From the human T2T-CHM13v2.0 reference genome, Homo sapiens: a stretch of 64,000 nt of DNA. A program made the position numbers and the translations under genes. The stretch lies in assembly GCF_009914755.1 (NCBI RefSeq), contig NC_060925.1, one strand, 5' to 3'. Positions 1-17,193 of this stretch are shown piece by piece (position 1 is the stretch's first letter; every line of letters starts with the position of its first letter). The notes beneath the pieces are model-generated. The model made no database searches, was not told the origin of the DNA, and saw nothing but the letters and a program-made list of their open reading frames with translations.

Positions 1-69
1 CCTTTAGACCAATTTTATTTGGCTATTCCCAGGCAATTTCATTTATGACCATAACTTCAATTCCTGTCC

Positions 70-770
70 ATTTATTTATTTCAACAAATACTGAATGCAT
101 ACTATATGCCAGGAACTGTTTTAGGTGCTTGGGATATATCAGGAAACAAAATAAAGATCCTTACTATCTTGCTTATATTATAGTGAACGATTAACAACAA
201 TGTAGGATGAACACAGTAAACAAGCAAATTTTATGTTAGCAGGTGATGAGTGCTTGGAAAAAAGAATAAGTAGAGTAGAATAAGAAGTATGGATATGCTG
301 TGGGCTGGTACGGTCAGGGCATTTTTAAATATTAAATAAGATGATGGAAGAGTACATTATTGAAAGATGACATTTGAACAAAGACCAGAAGGAGGTGCGG
401 AAGTTAACCATTTGGATATTTCAGGGCCCTATGGCGGGAGACTGTGCCTGGAGTGATGAAGGAAGAATAACGGAACCAGCGCGGCTGAAAAGAGGACAGA
501 GGTAATGGGATGCCACATTATTTAGAGCCTTATGGATCACTGTAAGAACTTCACCTTTTACTCTAAACCAAAAGGACAAGCCATTGGAGGTTTTGAGTAG
601 AAGAGTAGTGTGATCTGCCCTTTGTTGAGAATTTGTTATAGAAGGAAGGAAATCACTTAGCTTGGAACATAGTAGTGGAGACAGCCAGATGCTGTACATT
701 ATTTGCAGGTAGAACCAACAGATCCCAATATAGATGTGAGATGTAAGAGAAACATTAAGGATGGCACTGT
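70..770 (-). mobile_element. LINE2 3' fragment
   Basis: ttcaacaaatactgaatgcatactatatgccaggaactgttttaggtgcttggg resembles the reverse-complemented L2 3' end. Confidence 0.65.
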
Positions 771-895
771 TTATCTAGCCACGTATTGCACATCTCTACC
801 TCGATATCCATTAGGCAGTGCAAACTCATATGTCTAAAACTGATTTTATAGGTTTTTTAAAATATTTTATCTCGATAAGCTTGTGGTATGACCAT

Positions 896-1320
896 TTTGG
901 TGGGCTGAATAATGGCCCCTCAGTATGGCAAATAGGATTTTGCAGATATGATTAAGATCTTGAGGTGGGAAATTAACTAGGTGTGCCCAGTGTAATTGCA
1001 AGAGTCCTTATAAGTGCAGAGAATGTTGGAAGCAGAGTCAATGAATAAGATATGATGATATTACAGTGCTAGCTTTGAAGATGAAGAGGCTATCAGCCAA
1101 GGAATGTAGATGGCCTCTGAAAGCTGGCAAAGGCAAGAAAACAGATTCTTCCCTAGAGCCTCCGTAAGGCACTGGACCTACTAACAATTTGATTTAGCTC
1201 TATAAGACTCATTTTGGACTTTTGAACTCCAGAACTATAAGAACTAAACTATAAATTTGTGTTGTTTTAAGCCACTAAGTTTGTGGTAATTTGTTGCAGC
1301 AGCAACAGGAAACTAATACA
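896..1320 (+). mobile_element. MaLR LTR (MLT1D-like)
   Basis: tggtgggctgaataatggcccc ... ttgttttaagccactaagtttgtggtaatttgttgcagcagcaacaggaaactaataca. Confidence 0.75.
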
Positions 1321-1339
1321 ACTTTCGACCACTCTCAAA

Positions 1340-2352
1340 ATTTAGAAATCTGAAGATTAACTCTTTCTTCTCTTAGATCCTCCAATTCTGATCACTTACC
1401 GTGTCTTGTAATTCTGTCTAAAAATCTCTCTCCTTTCTCCCACTGCTACTGTTTTAGTTTAAGTTCTCATAATTTGCCTGGACAGTTGTAGTATCAAAGG
1501 GTGACCAGAGGTTGGGAGGGATGTTGGTAGAAGAGAATTAGTTCTCCCCTCAAAACTATTATAAATACACATGTAAACTAAGTACATGTACTATGCATGC
1601 TATGCAAATTCAGCCTCAGGGACCTTCTCTAACCACCCCCCTTTAAAAAAATTAGATCACTTTCCCCCCAACTCTTCCCACATAGAACATTGTACTTGGA
1701 GTGCTTGAGTAGTCTACTAACTGGTTTCCCTGCCCTAGCTGCAGCCTGTTTTCCCAAAATCCAATCTTCAAATGGGGCTGATAAATCTTTTTAATTGTAC
1801 AAGTTGATTGACCTTCACTGGCCAGGCATTACCCATGGTGTAAATTTCATGTTCCTCACTCTGGCCTACAAAGTCCTTCATTCTTTCAATTCCAGTCTTC
1901 ATTTCTCTTACTACATGATTCCTATCTCACTCTCTAGCTATTACTAAACTGCTTGTAGTCATTGGATACAACAATGTTGTTTGTATCTCCCTTAGTTTCA
2001 GTAATCCTCCTTCTATCTAGATTACATGTCTTCAAGGGAAAGAAAGAAGAAACTCTTTGTTATCTTTTAAAAATCAGTTTAAGACATCACCTATTCTATT
2101 GAGCCTTCTCAGATACCTACTCCTCCCTAATGGTGTTAACAATTTCCTTCTCTGCTCTCTCTACCTGTGCATGCTTCTATTTTTGTACCTAGAGTGTGGC
2201 TATAATTGCTGTTTAAATTTATGCCTCACTTACTAGTATATGAGCTCTCTAAAATCAGGAAATGTGTCTACTTTGTTTTTGTATCCCCAATAAATAACAT
2301 AGTGTCTGGCACTTAAAAAATGCTTAATATTTATTATTGTTATTTGAATGGA
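1340..2352 (+). mobile_element. LINE2 fragments ending in the L2 3' terminus
   Basis: ctactaactggtttccctgcc; acatagtgtctggcacttaaaaaatgcttaatatttattattgttatttgaatggaat. Confidence 0.6.
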
Positions 2353-2744
2353 ATGACATCTCTCTTTAGCCACCTACAATCTGTCACACTGTGGCATTTA
2401 GATGTTTTTTGCAGATTTGTGGTGAAAATGAACAAACTTAAGTTTCTTCCCCTCGTTAATTCTATCTCCTCTCCTCCAGGGAGATATAATAGGGAAATTA
2501 TCAAATTAGAGTCTAAACAAGGGAGGATGACCAAAGAATGATGTTGTCGAAGTAAAGAACAACAGATAATAGGAAATTTGGGGTATTCATTATGAGGACA
2601 TAATAGATGTGTTCAAATACTTGAGAAGTTTTCTTTTAGAAAAGAGAGTTAGCAGACTGATCTTTATAGCTACTTGGGCAGGGTTGGAGAAATGCAAGAC
2701 TTCAGTGCAGTACAGGAAAGAAGAATCAAATAAAGCTGCTTCAA

Positions 2745-4129
<1,385 letters not shown>

Positions 4130-4130
<1 letters not shown>

Positions 4131-4360
4131 CTATATATTTATATATTATATATATTCAAATATTTAGCTATATATAACCAGTTGTATTTATTTAGTTATA
4201 TAACTATTATATGACTAGTTATATTTATATATTTATATAACTAGTTATATTTATATTTAGTTATATATATAAAACATATATAACTATATATAACATGTAT
4301 ATATATAACTACATATAAATATAAATATATGTAAATATAAATATAAATATATATATATAT
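4130..4360. repeat. AT-rich / degenerate (TA)n low-complexity tract
   Basis: tatatatttatatattatatatatt ... atataaatatatatatatat. Confidence 0.85.
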
Positions 4361-5873
4361 AACACTAGGAAAAACAAGGACCCCAAGGCAAAGGAACGGT
4401 TTACCTAAGGAAATAGTTAACTCACTACTTCTAGAATTGTTTAAGAAGAGACCAGTGAGCATCGACCAGTTGCTGTCCAGGGTAAAGGTCTGCTAATGAA
4501 TTCTCAGGCTCCATACAAATATAAAATTCTATGATTCTGAGAGGTCTAAGTGATGTTGCGATCAGTAGAACTGGCCTGTAATGGGTTTTACCTTGTGGAT
4601 GCATCTAAGTTGAAATTGATTAATTTTAAACCTGTCTTAAGACAGTTGTTAATGGCACCCTATCATGTTCCACTGTGTTTCTCTTTGTTTCATTTTCTGT
4701 CCAGCTTTCTCCTCTCTGCTTCCATTTTTAATTTTTAAAAATTTATTCTCTCTCCCTCTGTTTGCCTCAATTTTTCTTTCCCGTGGACCTTCCAGGGCTG
4801 TAGACAGGCACTATTTAGCCCAGCTAGTGACAGTCAGCTTTAGAAGATTTGCTGATCTCTGCTGTAGTTACAAATATAATGGTTACTTAAAACACAAAGT
4901 ACCATTTGGTAGTTTTGTTTATTGTTGTTTCCAAACTACAGCTATCAGTTCATGTACTTTAGTAATCATTAAGTAATGAAATCCAGTGGTTCTCCGATAC
5001 CATAGGATGCACAATCAAGAAAAAACTCTGCTTTAGGCAGAATCTAAATTGGTTTAGTCTTTAACTGATCTTGTCCATTTTGTTTTTCATTGCATACATG
5101 CATTTATATTGCACCTAGTACAGACTTGCATACATAGTAATGTGATTAATAAATATTTTGCTGAATGAATGAACACATGAATGTTTTATTCAGATGAATA
5201 TCTAAAACGAAAGAATAAATTAAAGTTAGTGCAAACTAGGTAACTTTAAATTCTATATTATGGACTCTAAAAAGAGGATACATTGGAGATTTGATTTTCA
5301 TAAGATCCTCAGTAGTATGCATTAGGTAGATTGACATGTGAACACTATAAAAATTTGGTTCTATTATCGATAGCATCAGGTACTTGACCTTCATTGTGCT
5401 CAAATTTGGAGAATTTGGAGTCTAATTTATAAATGTTTAACACACAAATAGGGAACTATTGTGTTTAATAAGTATTACTATGTGAAGATGTGTGCATGTT
5501 CCCAATTGTACTTTGAAAGTCAGCTTATAAACATATATAAATATAAAACCATAGGATTCTCAGAAATAGGAGATCATAGTATTACACAACATAGTGTCTT
5601 TGTTTAGTTAGAGAAACATGTTGTTTAGCACTAACATGTAAGCTGTGTAGAGCAGAATCACTAATGATTTATTGGTACATAATAATTTACATATAAATAA
5701 AAATGGAATACATAATAAAAGAGTGAAGGAGTGAACACGTGGTCAAGCAATTAGGTGAGAATTCCTTACTTCACATATAGCCACTATACATGTGAGTTTT
5801 AGAAAAAAGAAGCACTCTACTCTCGTAAAGATAAATTTTCTTGTTCTATAGTGAAAACATATGAAATTATTAC

Positions 5874-6274
5874 CTCCATATCAGTGCCAGGTTACAACTT
5901 CTGTCTTGAACATAGTCTTTTGTCTTCTTGAGAAGCAATTCCACAAAGTCAGGATTACCTTTTCTGGCAAAAACCCAGTACAGAATTGTATTCACACATA
6001 TTTCAGTGAAGTCGAGGTTAAAACTTACTTCAAAACGGTATCCTGATTTTTCCACAAATGCAATGTAATCTGTGAGTAGTGCGTCAAAACCATCCAAGTC
6101 CACATACCTCAGAATTTTTGCCAGTGATCTGTAAATCCTTGGTTCGTAACAGTGATATCCCCACTGACCCAAAAACTGTAGGGAGGGTCTTTTAACAATT
6201 TTGTCAAGGAGATTGCAGAATATATTGCTTCTTGGACAAGAAGTCTTACCACATAATTTAGTAGATTTACTCAT
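5874..6274 (-). CDS. ASB17: ASB17 first coding exon (133 codons + 2 nt, phase-2 donor); remaining exons lie left of the window
   Basis: ORF MSKSTKLCGKTSCPRSNIFCNLLDKIVKRPSLQFLGQWGYH...NLALIWR matches the recalled human ASB17 N-terminus. ATG at 6274 has A at -3 (gtaacaATGA). The ORF ends at a donor TGGAG|GTAATA (GT at 5873-5872), so the TAA stop in the ORF track is intronic. Confidence 0.93.
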
Positions 6275-6399
6275 TGTTACTTATAGCAGCACTGTAGAAA
6301 TAAAATCAGAGGTAAGCATACTGTAATCCTCCAGTTACATATTTTGACAATGTGGCAGGCTTTACTCCACAAACAGAAGTGCCCTTTAAACTGTAACCA

Positions 6400-6560
6400 G
6401 AAAAAATAAATATTACCATAAAGTACTGGATGACATCACAATAGGTGGAGATTCCTCCACAATAGGTAGAGGTCACCAGCATAGGTCAGAGGGGATATTG
6501 TATGTAACTGGTGACATTTGAAAGAGACATATTGGACAGAAATGACATACGTGAAAGCTA
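6400..6560 (-). promoter_or_regulatory. Putative ASB17 proximal promoter (non-CpG-island) with CRE-like TGACATCA, SOX-type ACAAT motifs and an AGGTCA half-site
   Basis: TGACATCA at 6431-6438; cACAATagg at 6437 and 6458; ATAGGTCA at 6481-6488; unique sequence 150-280 nt upstream of the ATG. Confidence 0.45.
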
Positions 6561-6841
6561 AGATACAATATATTTAATTTTCTAAGAATTCTCTAAGAAT
6601 TCAGTTCAAGGTAATCTGCCTGGTTTCTCAAGTTCTGCATGTTTCTTCAGTAGACTAAATAATGGTAATAAATACATTGATTATCCTTTGTAGGCTATTA
6701 TGTAAGCAGACAATGATTGCTAGAGTGAATAAATTCAAGTGTTGTTCTCATGTTCTGCATGAATACTGTATGCTCTCACTTAATCCTCATTGATTATTTC
6801 CCCTATCTTGTAGTTGAGGAAATTGAGGCTTACACAGATAA

Positions 6842-7135
6842 TTTTTTTGTTGTTTGAGACAGGGTCTCACCCTGTCACCCAGGCTGGAGTGCAGTGGTAC
6901 GATCATGGCTCACTGCGGCCTTGACCTCCTGGGCTCAAGCTTTCTCTCACCTCAACTTCCCAAACAACTGGGACTACAGGCATGCACCGCCATGCCTGGC
7001 TAATTTTTGTATTTTTTATAGAAACAGAGATATGCCATGTTGGCCAGGCTGGTCTTGAACTCCCGAGCTCAAGTGATCTCCCTGCCTCAGCCTCCCAAAG
7101 TGCTAGGATTACAGGCTTGAGGCACTGTGCCTGAC
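6842..7135 (-). mobile_element. AluJ-type element inserted in a MIR
   Basis: gatcatggctcactgcggccttgacctcctgggctcaag; degenerate TSD tgaggcttaca/tgaagcttaca. Confidence 0.88.
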
Positions 7136-7232
7136 TGAAGCTTACATAGGTTAAGTAACCTGCCAATATATTCATTCCCAAAGAGAAAGAATGTCATACA
7201 ATATTAACCAAAATTTAAAGACTTTGTTTTAG

Positions 7233-7524
<292 letters not shown>

Positions 7525-8891
7525 TTTTTTAGAATTTTAAATTTTACAGAAATTATTCCTCTATAAACCAGGCAGAATGTATACAATTTGAACATTAAAG
7601 GTACTTCAAGCTTGATATGGTGTCCTTGCCCCACTACAATAAAGGGGAAAGATGTTATGGTTGTTTTTATCATTATTCTGTAGTTAATGTTTCAGCCACC
7701 TTTTTATACTATTCACAGAGTGATCAGTCTTAACAACCTTGGGTGTATGTATTAGCGTTTTTAAAGGTAATTAAATATATTCTTTTTCCTTTGGCATATT
7801 TTTATTTAAATCATGTGAATGATGTCTCTTTAGTAAGAAAAAATTATTACTTTAGATTTACTATAATATACATCTACTAATATTGCATTTTATTTTGTAA
7901 ACTCTAAACTGTCTTTTCCCAGCTGGACAACCTAATTAAACTAACTACATATTGTCATCTTTCTGAAAACCAAGTTTTGTCATTTTCTTTCACTTTTTCT
8001 GTTTTACTTTTTTTGCCTCAAAAAATATTTTTTAAATTAAATTATTTTACTGATTTCTTAATACAATACATAAAACTTATAAAAAATTGAAACACTATAG
8101 AGCCAGCAACAATTCCTCCCTGAGATAATCATCCTAGCAGTTTTATGTATAGCCTTTCAAATGCTTTTGCTTATGTGTGTATAAAATTTTCTTTTTTTAA
8201 AAGAATACAGAGACCTAATCTGAAAAAAATTTGTCATTCTTATACAAATAGGATACATTACACATATCTTGCTCTATGAGTTACTTTTTATTTCTATAAC
8301 AACGTAGTATTATTACCTTTGTATGACCATATATGGTCATACATGCTAACTCTATGTCCTACTTGTTACATATCCGGTACTATTTTAAATGCTTTATATA
8401 TTAACTCCTTTAATTCTTACTTCACAGATAAGGAAGCTGAGATGTAGAGCTGAAGTGTCTTGCCCAAGATCATTTGTCTAGTAAGTGATAAAGCTGGAAT
8501 TTGAACCCAAAGAGAATAGGGCTAGAGGCTTTCTCTCTACTCTCCCCTGGTTCTCCAAAGTGAGCTACCTTTCCATTTCTATGGCTAGTTTATGAAATAC
8601 AGTCATGAAACAAGAGCTCTACAATTATATGTCAAAAAGCAGAAGATAGATAGTAGGTTAATCCTGCTTTTGGAAAAAAGTGTTCAGAATATACATTAAA
8701 GTAATACTAACGTAAATCTGTGGACATGAAAAACTGAGTGATTTTTTCTCATTTTTCTTTGTACTTTCTTGATAATTTGAATATCAGTGTGTATTTTTTG
8801 ATTATGAGAAACAAGTCATGCTCACTTTGAAAATAATAACTACAACATAGTAAGTCAAAGCTGTTGCTGCATTAGTTCTTTAAAATTTTTA

Positions 8892-9276
<385 letters not shown>

Positions 9277-10310
9277 CTAACATGTATTGAGTTCTTGAGT
9301 ACTTACATTGTACTAGGTGGGTGCTTTATATGCTTTTTTTCTCTTTTAATCATCATAATTTTTTTTTATTTTACCCATTTTATGGTTGAGGAATCTAAGG
9401 TTTAGATTGGTTAAGCCACTTGCCCGAGGTCATACAGCTAGTGAGTGGCAGTGATTTGAACCAAAGCTGAATCCACAGTTCATGTTCTTTGCGTTCAGCT
9501 GCCTTCAAACTTTGGTATAGCTATAACATCTGTGCTAGAGTACATCTTACACATTTTATATTTGTAGAAAGCTCTCAATAAAATAATTAGAAGTCTAATG
9601 GCACTGAAATATATTCCATGCTTTAATAAATGTCCTGACTTAAAGAAAGAAAAATGTCACATACATGTTTCTTACATTATATGCTAATAATTGAGAAATA
9701 ATAAGTTTCAACTAAATATCTTACCTGGTCTTTTCAGTACTTAAGATTGCATAACCTAAACATAGATTGAATGTTGGCCTTTATGTGTTGTAAGTAGGCC
9801 AAAAGCTATATAGGTCCCAAATGCTGCCTGAAATTTCTACTCACTTATTCTTTTAGATTAGGGCATTTCAGACCTAGGTGTTATAATTGAAATCATTATT
9901 ACTAACTAATGCTTGAAGTAATTTGTTTTTATTGTATTCCTAAGCCTATGACCTGGCTCAACCCAGCTACAAGTTGTTAATAAGAGGGAAGCATATCAGG
10001 AAAATCTGAGTGCAATGGTTTAGGAATTGGGAAAGTATAAAAGGTATAGCACAACAGCACTAGACAACTGAGGTAGTCACCTACCTAAGGAGAGATGCCA
10101 AGGACAAGTTGGCCAGCTAAGCACTTTCTCCAGAAATGGGATTTATAGGTAAGTCATACATGAGTGACATGTTTGTATAGTCTCAGCAAACTACAAAACA
10201 AATGTCAGTAGATAAGAATGACTTTGATGGATTCAGTAGTACAGTTGTTACATAATTATATAAAATAAAGCTTGTAAAAGTTCTATTCTATCTACTCTAT
10301 AAAGTTTATA

Positions 10311-10670
10311 CAGATTGAGCATCCCTAATCTGAAAATCCAAAATCCAAAATGCTCCAAGATTTGAAACTTTTGTGGCTCTGATATGACATCAAAAGTGGA
10401 AAATTCCACACCTGACATGTTTGCTTTCTGATGATTCAATGTACACAAACTTCGTTTCATGCATAAAATTATTTTAATATTGTATAAATTTATCTTTAGG
10501 CTATGTATATAAAATGTATATGGAACATAAATGAATTTCATGTTTAAACTTGGATCTCATTCCCAAGATATCTCATTGTGTATATGTATGCAAAAATTCC
10601 AAAATTTGAAACAAATTCAAAATCTGAAACACTCTGGTCCCAAGCATTTTGGATCGGGATACTCAGCCTG
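10311..10670 (+). mobile_element. Tigger4b/MER46-type non-autonomous TcMar DNA transposon
   Basis: Terminal inverted repeats cagattgagcatccc / gggatactcagcctg, TA on both flanks, 360 bp. Confidence 0.8.
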
Positions 10671-11659
10671 TATTAGCCCTTTTACCAGGCTTTGCCATTC
10701 TCACTACCATTCATTTCTAGTATTGATTCATGTATTTAAAAGAAAACACTAAGCAAAAATATATTTGAGAGAAGAGGAATTTCCTGATTTTTGAAGTATG
10801 GGTAGGATCAGTGTGTATTTCCAAAGGCAGAGTGTCCATGTCCATGCCCATGTACATATTATACGATGCCTTGAATATATTTTAATAACTCAGTGTCAGC
10901 TTTACAAAATATCTTAAGATACATGGCAAATTGGATTTTTACTGTTCTATTCATGAATTGAGATAACCCTCAGGAAATACTTAGACTCATAATTTTGGTT
11001 CCCTTAGAACTTTGGCTTGCACAGAGCTACAATTGGTAGACTTGTCTCCACCTCACAATATATACTCAAATTTATAACACAATCTTTAAACTTAATTTTA
11101 ACTCAGTCTTTGAGTTAGGCTATTTTAAGACATAGCCTTGTCCAACTTTTATGTGAGTTTTCCTTGGGACCATGTCTACCCCTCAGGCTAGTCAGTTGTG
11201 GCTGAAAAAGTCAGAAACCACAAAATATCTAGTATTACAGTTAAATTTTAAAAATAAACACACAGGTGACTCATAATGAGCATATTGGAAATACGATTAC
11301 TTGCAGAAAATCCTAAGAACATATGTGAAATTTTAACCCTTTAAAAACAAAATCAAAGGTCTAATCTTTTTAATTTATACTTAAAAGTCTCACCATGCTA
11401 GATGTCCTAGGATTATGAATACCTAAAAGCTATTAACAGATTCTTTTATTGTTTGTCACTCTTCTATTGAGCTATGCAAGGTTCTTTGAGATAAACACAT
11501 TTAAGGTAGAAAATATCATCAGAAGTACATTAAAATCCAGATTTCACTTTATGTGTGGAAATCATGTGGTATTTTACCCAAGTAAGAATGTAAAGTTCTT
11601 ACCTTCTCTCTTCCTCAGGAGAATATCACCTCTGCCACTTAGGTGTCATTTTTCCCCTT

Positions 11660-12595
11660 ATCTTGTATTGTGATCAAAGAAACACATAACATAAAATCTC
11701 CCCTCTTAACAAACTTTTAAGTGTAAGCAAATATCTAGAACTTTTTCATTTTTGCATGACAAAAACTGTATGCTTATTGATTAGAAACTCCCCATTCCTC
11801 CGTCCCCACAGCCCCTGGCAATCATCATTTTACTTTCTGCTTTGTTAAGTTTGACTGCTTTAGCTACCTCCCATAAGTGGAATCATGCAGCATTTCTTCT
11901 TCTCTGACTGGCTTATGTCACTTAGCATAATGTCCTCAAGGTTCTTTTATGTTGTGGCATATGGCAGGATTTACTTCTTTTATAAGGCTGAATAATATTC
12001 TGTTGTATGTATGTGGCACATTTTCTTTATCCATTCATCTGTAGGTGGATATTTAGGTTGTTTCCACCTCTTGACTGTCGTAGATAATGCTGCCACAAAC
12101 ATGGGAGTGGAAATATCTCGTTGAGATCCTCTTTTCAATTCTTTTATATAAATACCCAGAAGTGGAACTGCTGGATCATATGGTACTACTCTTTTTAATT
12201 TTTTGAATCAATCATTTTAAATCAATCAATGATTTTAAGTGTTAAAATTACCCCTCTATTTGAATAATCATTTTACCATCCTGTTCTATTTTAATATATG
12301 AATCTTCAGTTTGAGTATTGCATCATATAGATAGAGATTTAGAATCTATTCAGTCAAAGGAAGCTTGTGATATAAATTTTAATTCTTTCATCAATCATCG
12401 CGCCCAGCCCTCCTTACTGTTTTCTGTGATGGCTGCACAATTTTACATTTCTACCAACAGTGCACAAAGGCTTCAGTTTCTTTACATCCTCAGCAACGTT
12501 TGTTGTTTCCTGTTTGTTTTTTGTGTTTTGTTTTGTTTTTTATATAATGGCCCATCATAACAGGTATGAGGTGATAGCTCATTGTGGTTTTGAGC
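11660..12595 (-). mobile_element. Old L1 (L1MB-like) 3' end, interrupted at 12207-12408 by a templated insertion
   Basis: cccagaagtggaactgctggatcatatggta...; ggctgaataatattctgttgtatg; catcctcagcaacg. Confidence 0.8.
12230..12399 (+). repeat. 170-bp local direct duplicate of 13502-13671
   Basis: Hand alignment gives 6 mismatches in 170 bp with no gaps. It explains the twin MHHIDRDLESIQSKEACD ORFs. Confidence 0.95.
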
Positions 12596-12975
12596 CTCTT
12601 AACTGATTTCTGGATATCTAACAAAGATGAAGCATGTAACATAGTAATCAGTATTTTAGGGAATTCAAGCATAAAATTATTAGAATCTAGCACTCAACCA
12701 GTGGTCAATTGACAGCTGACATTTGAGAGACAGAAAGATCTAAGGGACAAAATAATTATACATTTCTATAGCTTATCCTAACATTTCTGCACTCTTAGAT
12801 TATCACGAATTAGTTTCCAGATATTTTGTTAAGCCACTGTCATGTGGCTCCTTTTAATAATGGACACTACCTGTATAGTCAATTTTTAAATGAGATATAA
12901 TGTACATTCTATAAAATTCACTCTTTTAAAGTATAATGAGCAAAGTTTCAACCAGAGTTTTATAAAAATCTCCAA

Positions 12976-13252
12976 TTTTTTTTTTCTTTTGCGATACAGT
13001 CTTGCTCTTTCACCCAGGCTGGTGGAGTGCAGTGGCATGATTTTGGTTTACTGCAACCTTCGCCTCCCGGGTTCAAGAGATTCTCCTGTCTCAGCCTCCT
13101 GAGTAGCTGAGACTACAGGCGTGTGCCACCACGCCCAGTGAATTTTTGCACCATGTTGGCCAGATTGGTTTCCAACTCCTGACTTCAGGCGATCCACCCA
13201 CCTCGGCCCCCTAAAATTCTGGGATTACAAGCATGAGCCATCATGCCCAGCC
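12976..13252 (-). mobile_element. AluS-type element with a deletion across the central linker
   Basis: TSD aaaaatctcca at 12964-12974 and 13253-13263; aatttttgcaccatgttgg junction. Confidence 0.9.
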
Positions 13253-13749
13253 AAAAATCTCCAGACTTTTAAATTAACGTGTCTTCTATTATTTGATTCC
13301 CTTCCATCTCCTAGAAAAAAAGGGTTTGATATTTATTAATAATTCAATGAAGGCATTTCTGTAATCAGCTTAGACAACATTACCCAAGTACATATTTTGC
13401 AATAAAACTGAGTAACTTGAAAATATTGGCAGTTGTCAAGAATTACTTTGGCACTCAGAACATTTTTTATAGCCTCTATGCTCCTGTGTCAGTAACACAA
13501 TTGATTTTAAGTGTTAAAATTATCCCTCTACTTGAATAATCATTTTACCATCCTGTTCTATTTTAATGTATGAATCTTCAGTTTGAGCATTGCATCATAT
13601 AGATAGAGATTTAGAATCTATTCAGTCAAAGGAAGCTTGTGATATGAATTTTAATTCTTTCATCCATCATCATTCTGCTTTAGGTTTTAAACTTTGTAAA
13701 TTGGCTTTTACAATCAGTTTACATATATATGTGTGTGTGTATAGATGTA

Positions 13750-14540
<791 letters not shown>

Positions 14541-14554
14541 TTTAAAAAATAAAA

Positions 14555-15212
14555 GAAAATTTTGTGGATACATAGTAGGTGTATATATTTATGGGGTACC
14601 TAATATGTTTTGATACAGGCATGCAATGTGAAATAAACACGTCATAGAGAATGATGCTCAATGTGAAATAAGCACATCATGGAGTATTCATTCCCTCAAG
14701 CATTAATCTTTTGAGTTACAAACAATCCAATTACATTTTTAAGTTATTTAAAAATATACAATTATTATTGACTATAGTCACTTTATTCTACTATCAAATA
14801 GTAGGTCTTATTCATTCTTTCTATGGTTTTGCACCCATTAACCATACCCACCTCCCCACCAACCACCCCACTGCCATTCCCAGCTTCTGGTAACCATCCT
14901 TCCACTCTCTGTGTCCATGAGTTCAGTTGATTTGATTTTTTAGTTCTCACAAATAAGTGTGAACATGTGATGTTTGTCTTTCTTTGCCTGGCTTATTTCA
15001 CATAACATGATGATCTCCAGTTCCATACGTGTTGCAAATAACTGGATCTCATTCTTTTTATGGCTGCATAGTACTCCATTGTGTATATGTGCAACATTTT
15101 CTTTATCCATTCACCTATTAATGGACACACCTGTTTCCAAATCTTAGCTATTGTAAACAGTGGTGCAATAAACCTGGGATTGCAGATATCTCTTTAGTAT
15201 ACTGATTTCCTT
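14555..15212 (-). mobile_element. L1MA-type 3' end
   Basis: ggatacatagtaggtgtatatatttatggggtac ... gcagatatctctttagtatactgatttcctttc. Confidence 0.8.

Positions 15213-17193
<1,981 letters not shown>

Noticed and set aside
1581-1609. Palindrome agtacatgtact plus octamer ATGCAAAT in ASB17 intron 1
   Set aside because: Short motifs expected by chance; no supporting context
4632-4645. Perfect 14-bp palindrome ctgtcttaagacag
   Set aside because: Several palindromes with 7-bp arms are expected by chance in 64 kb
14624-14686. 35-bp-period tandem duplication in L1MA (similar 17-bp one at 41658-41691)
   Set aside because: Ordinary slippage duplications
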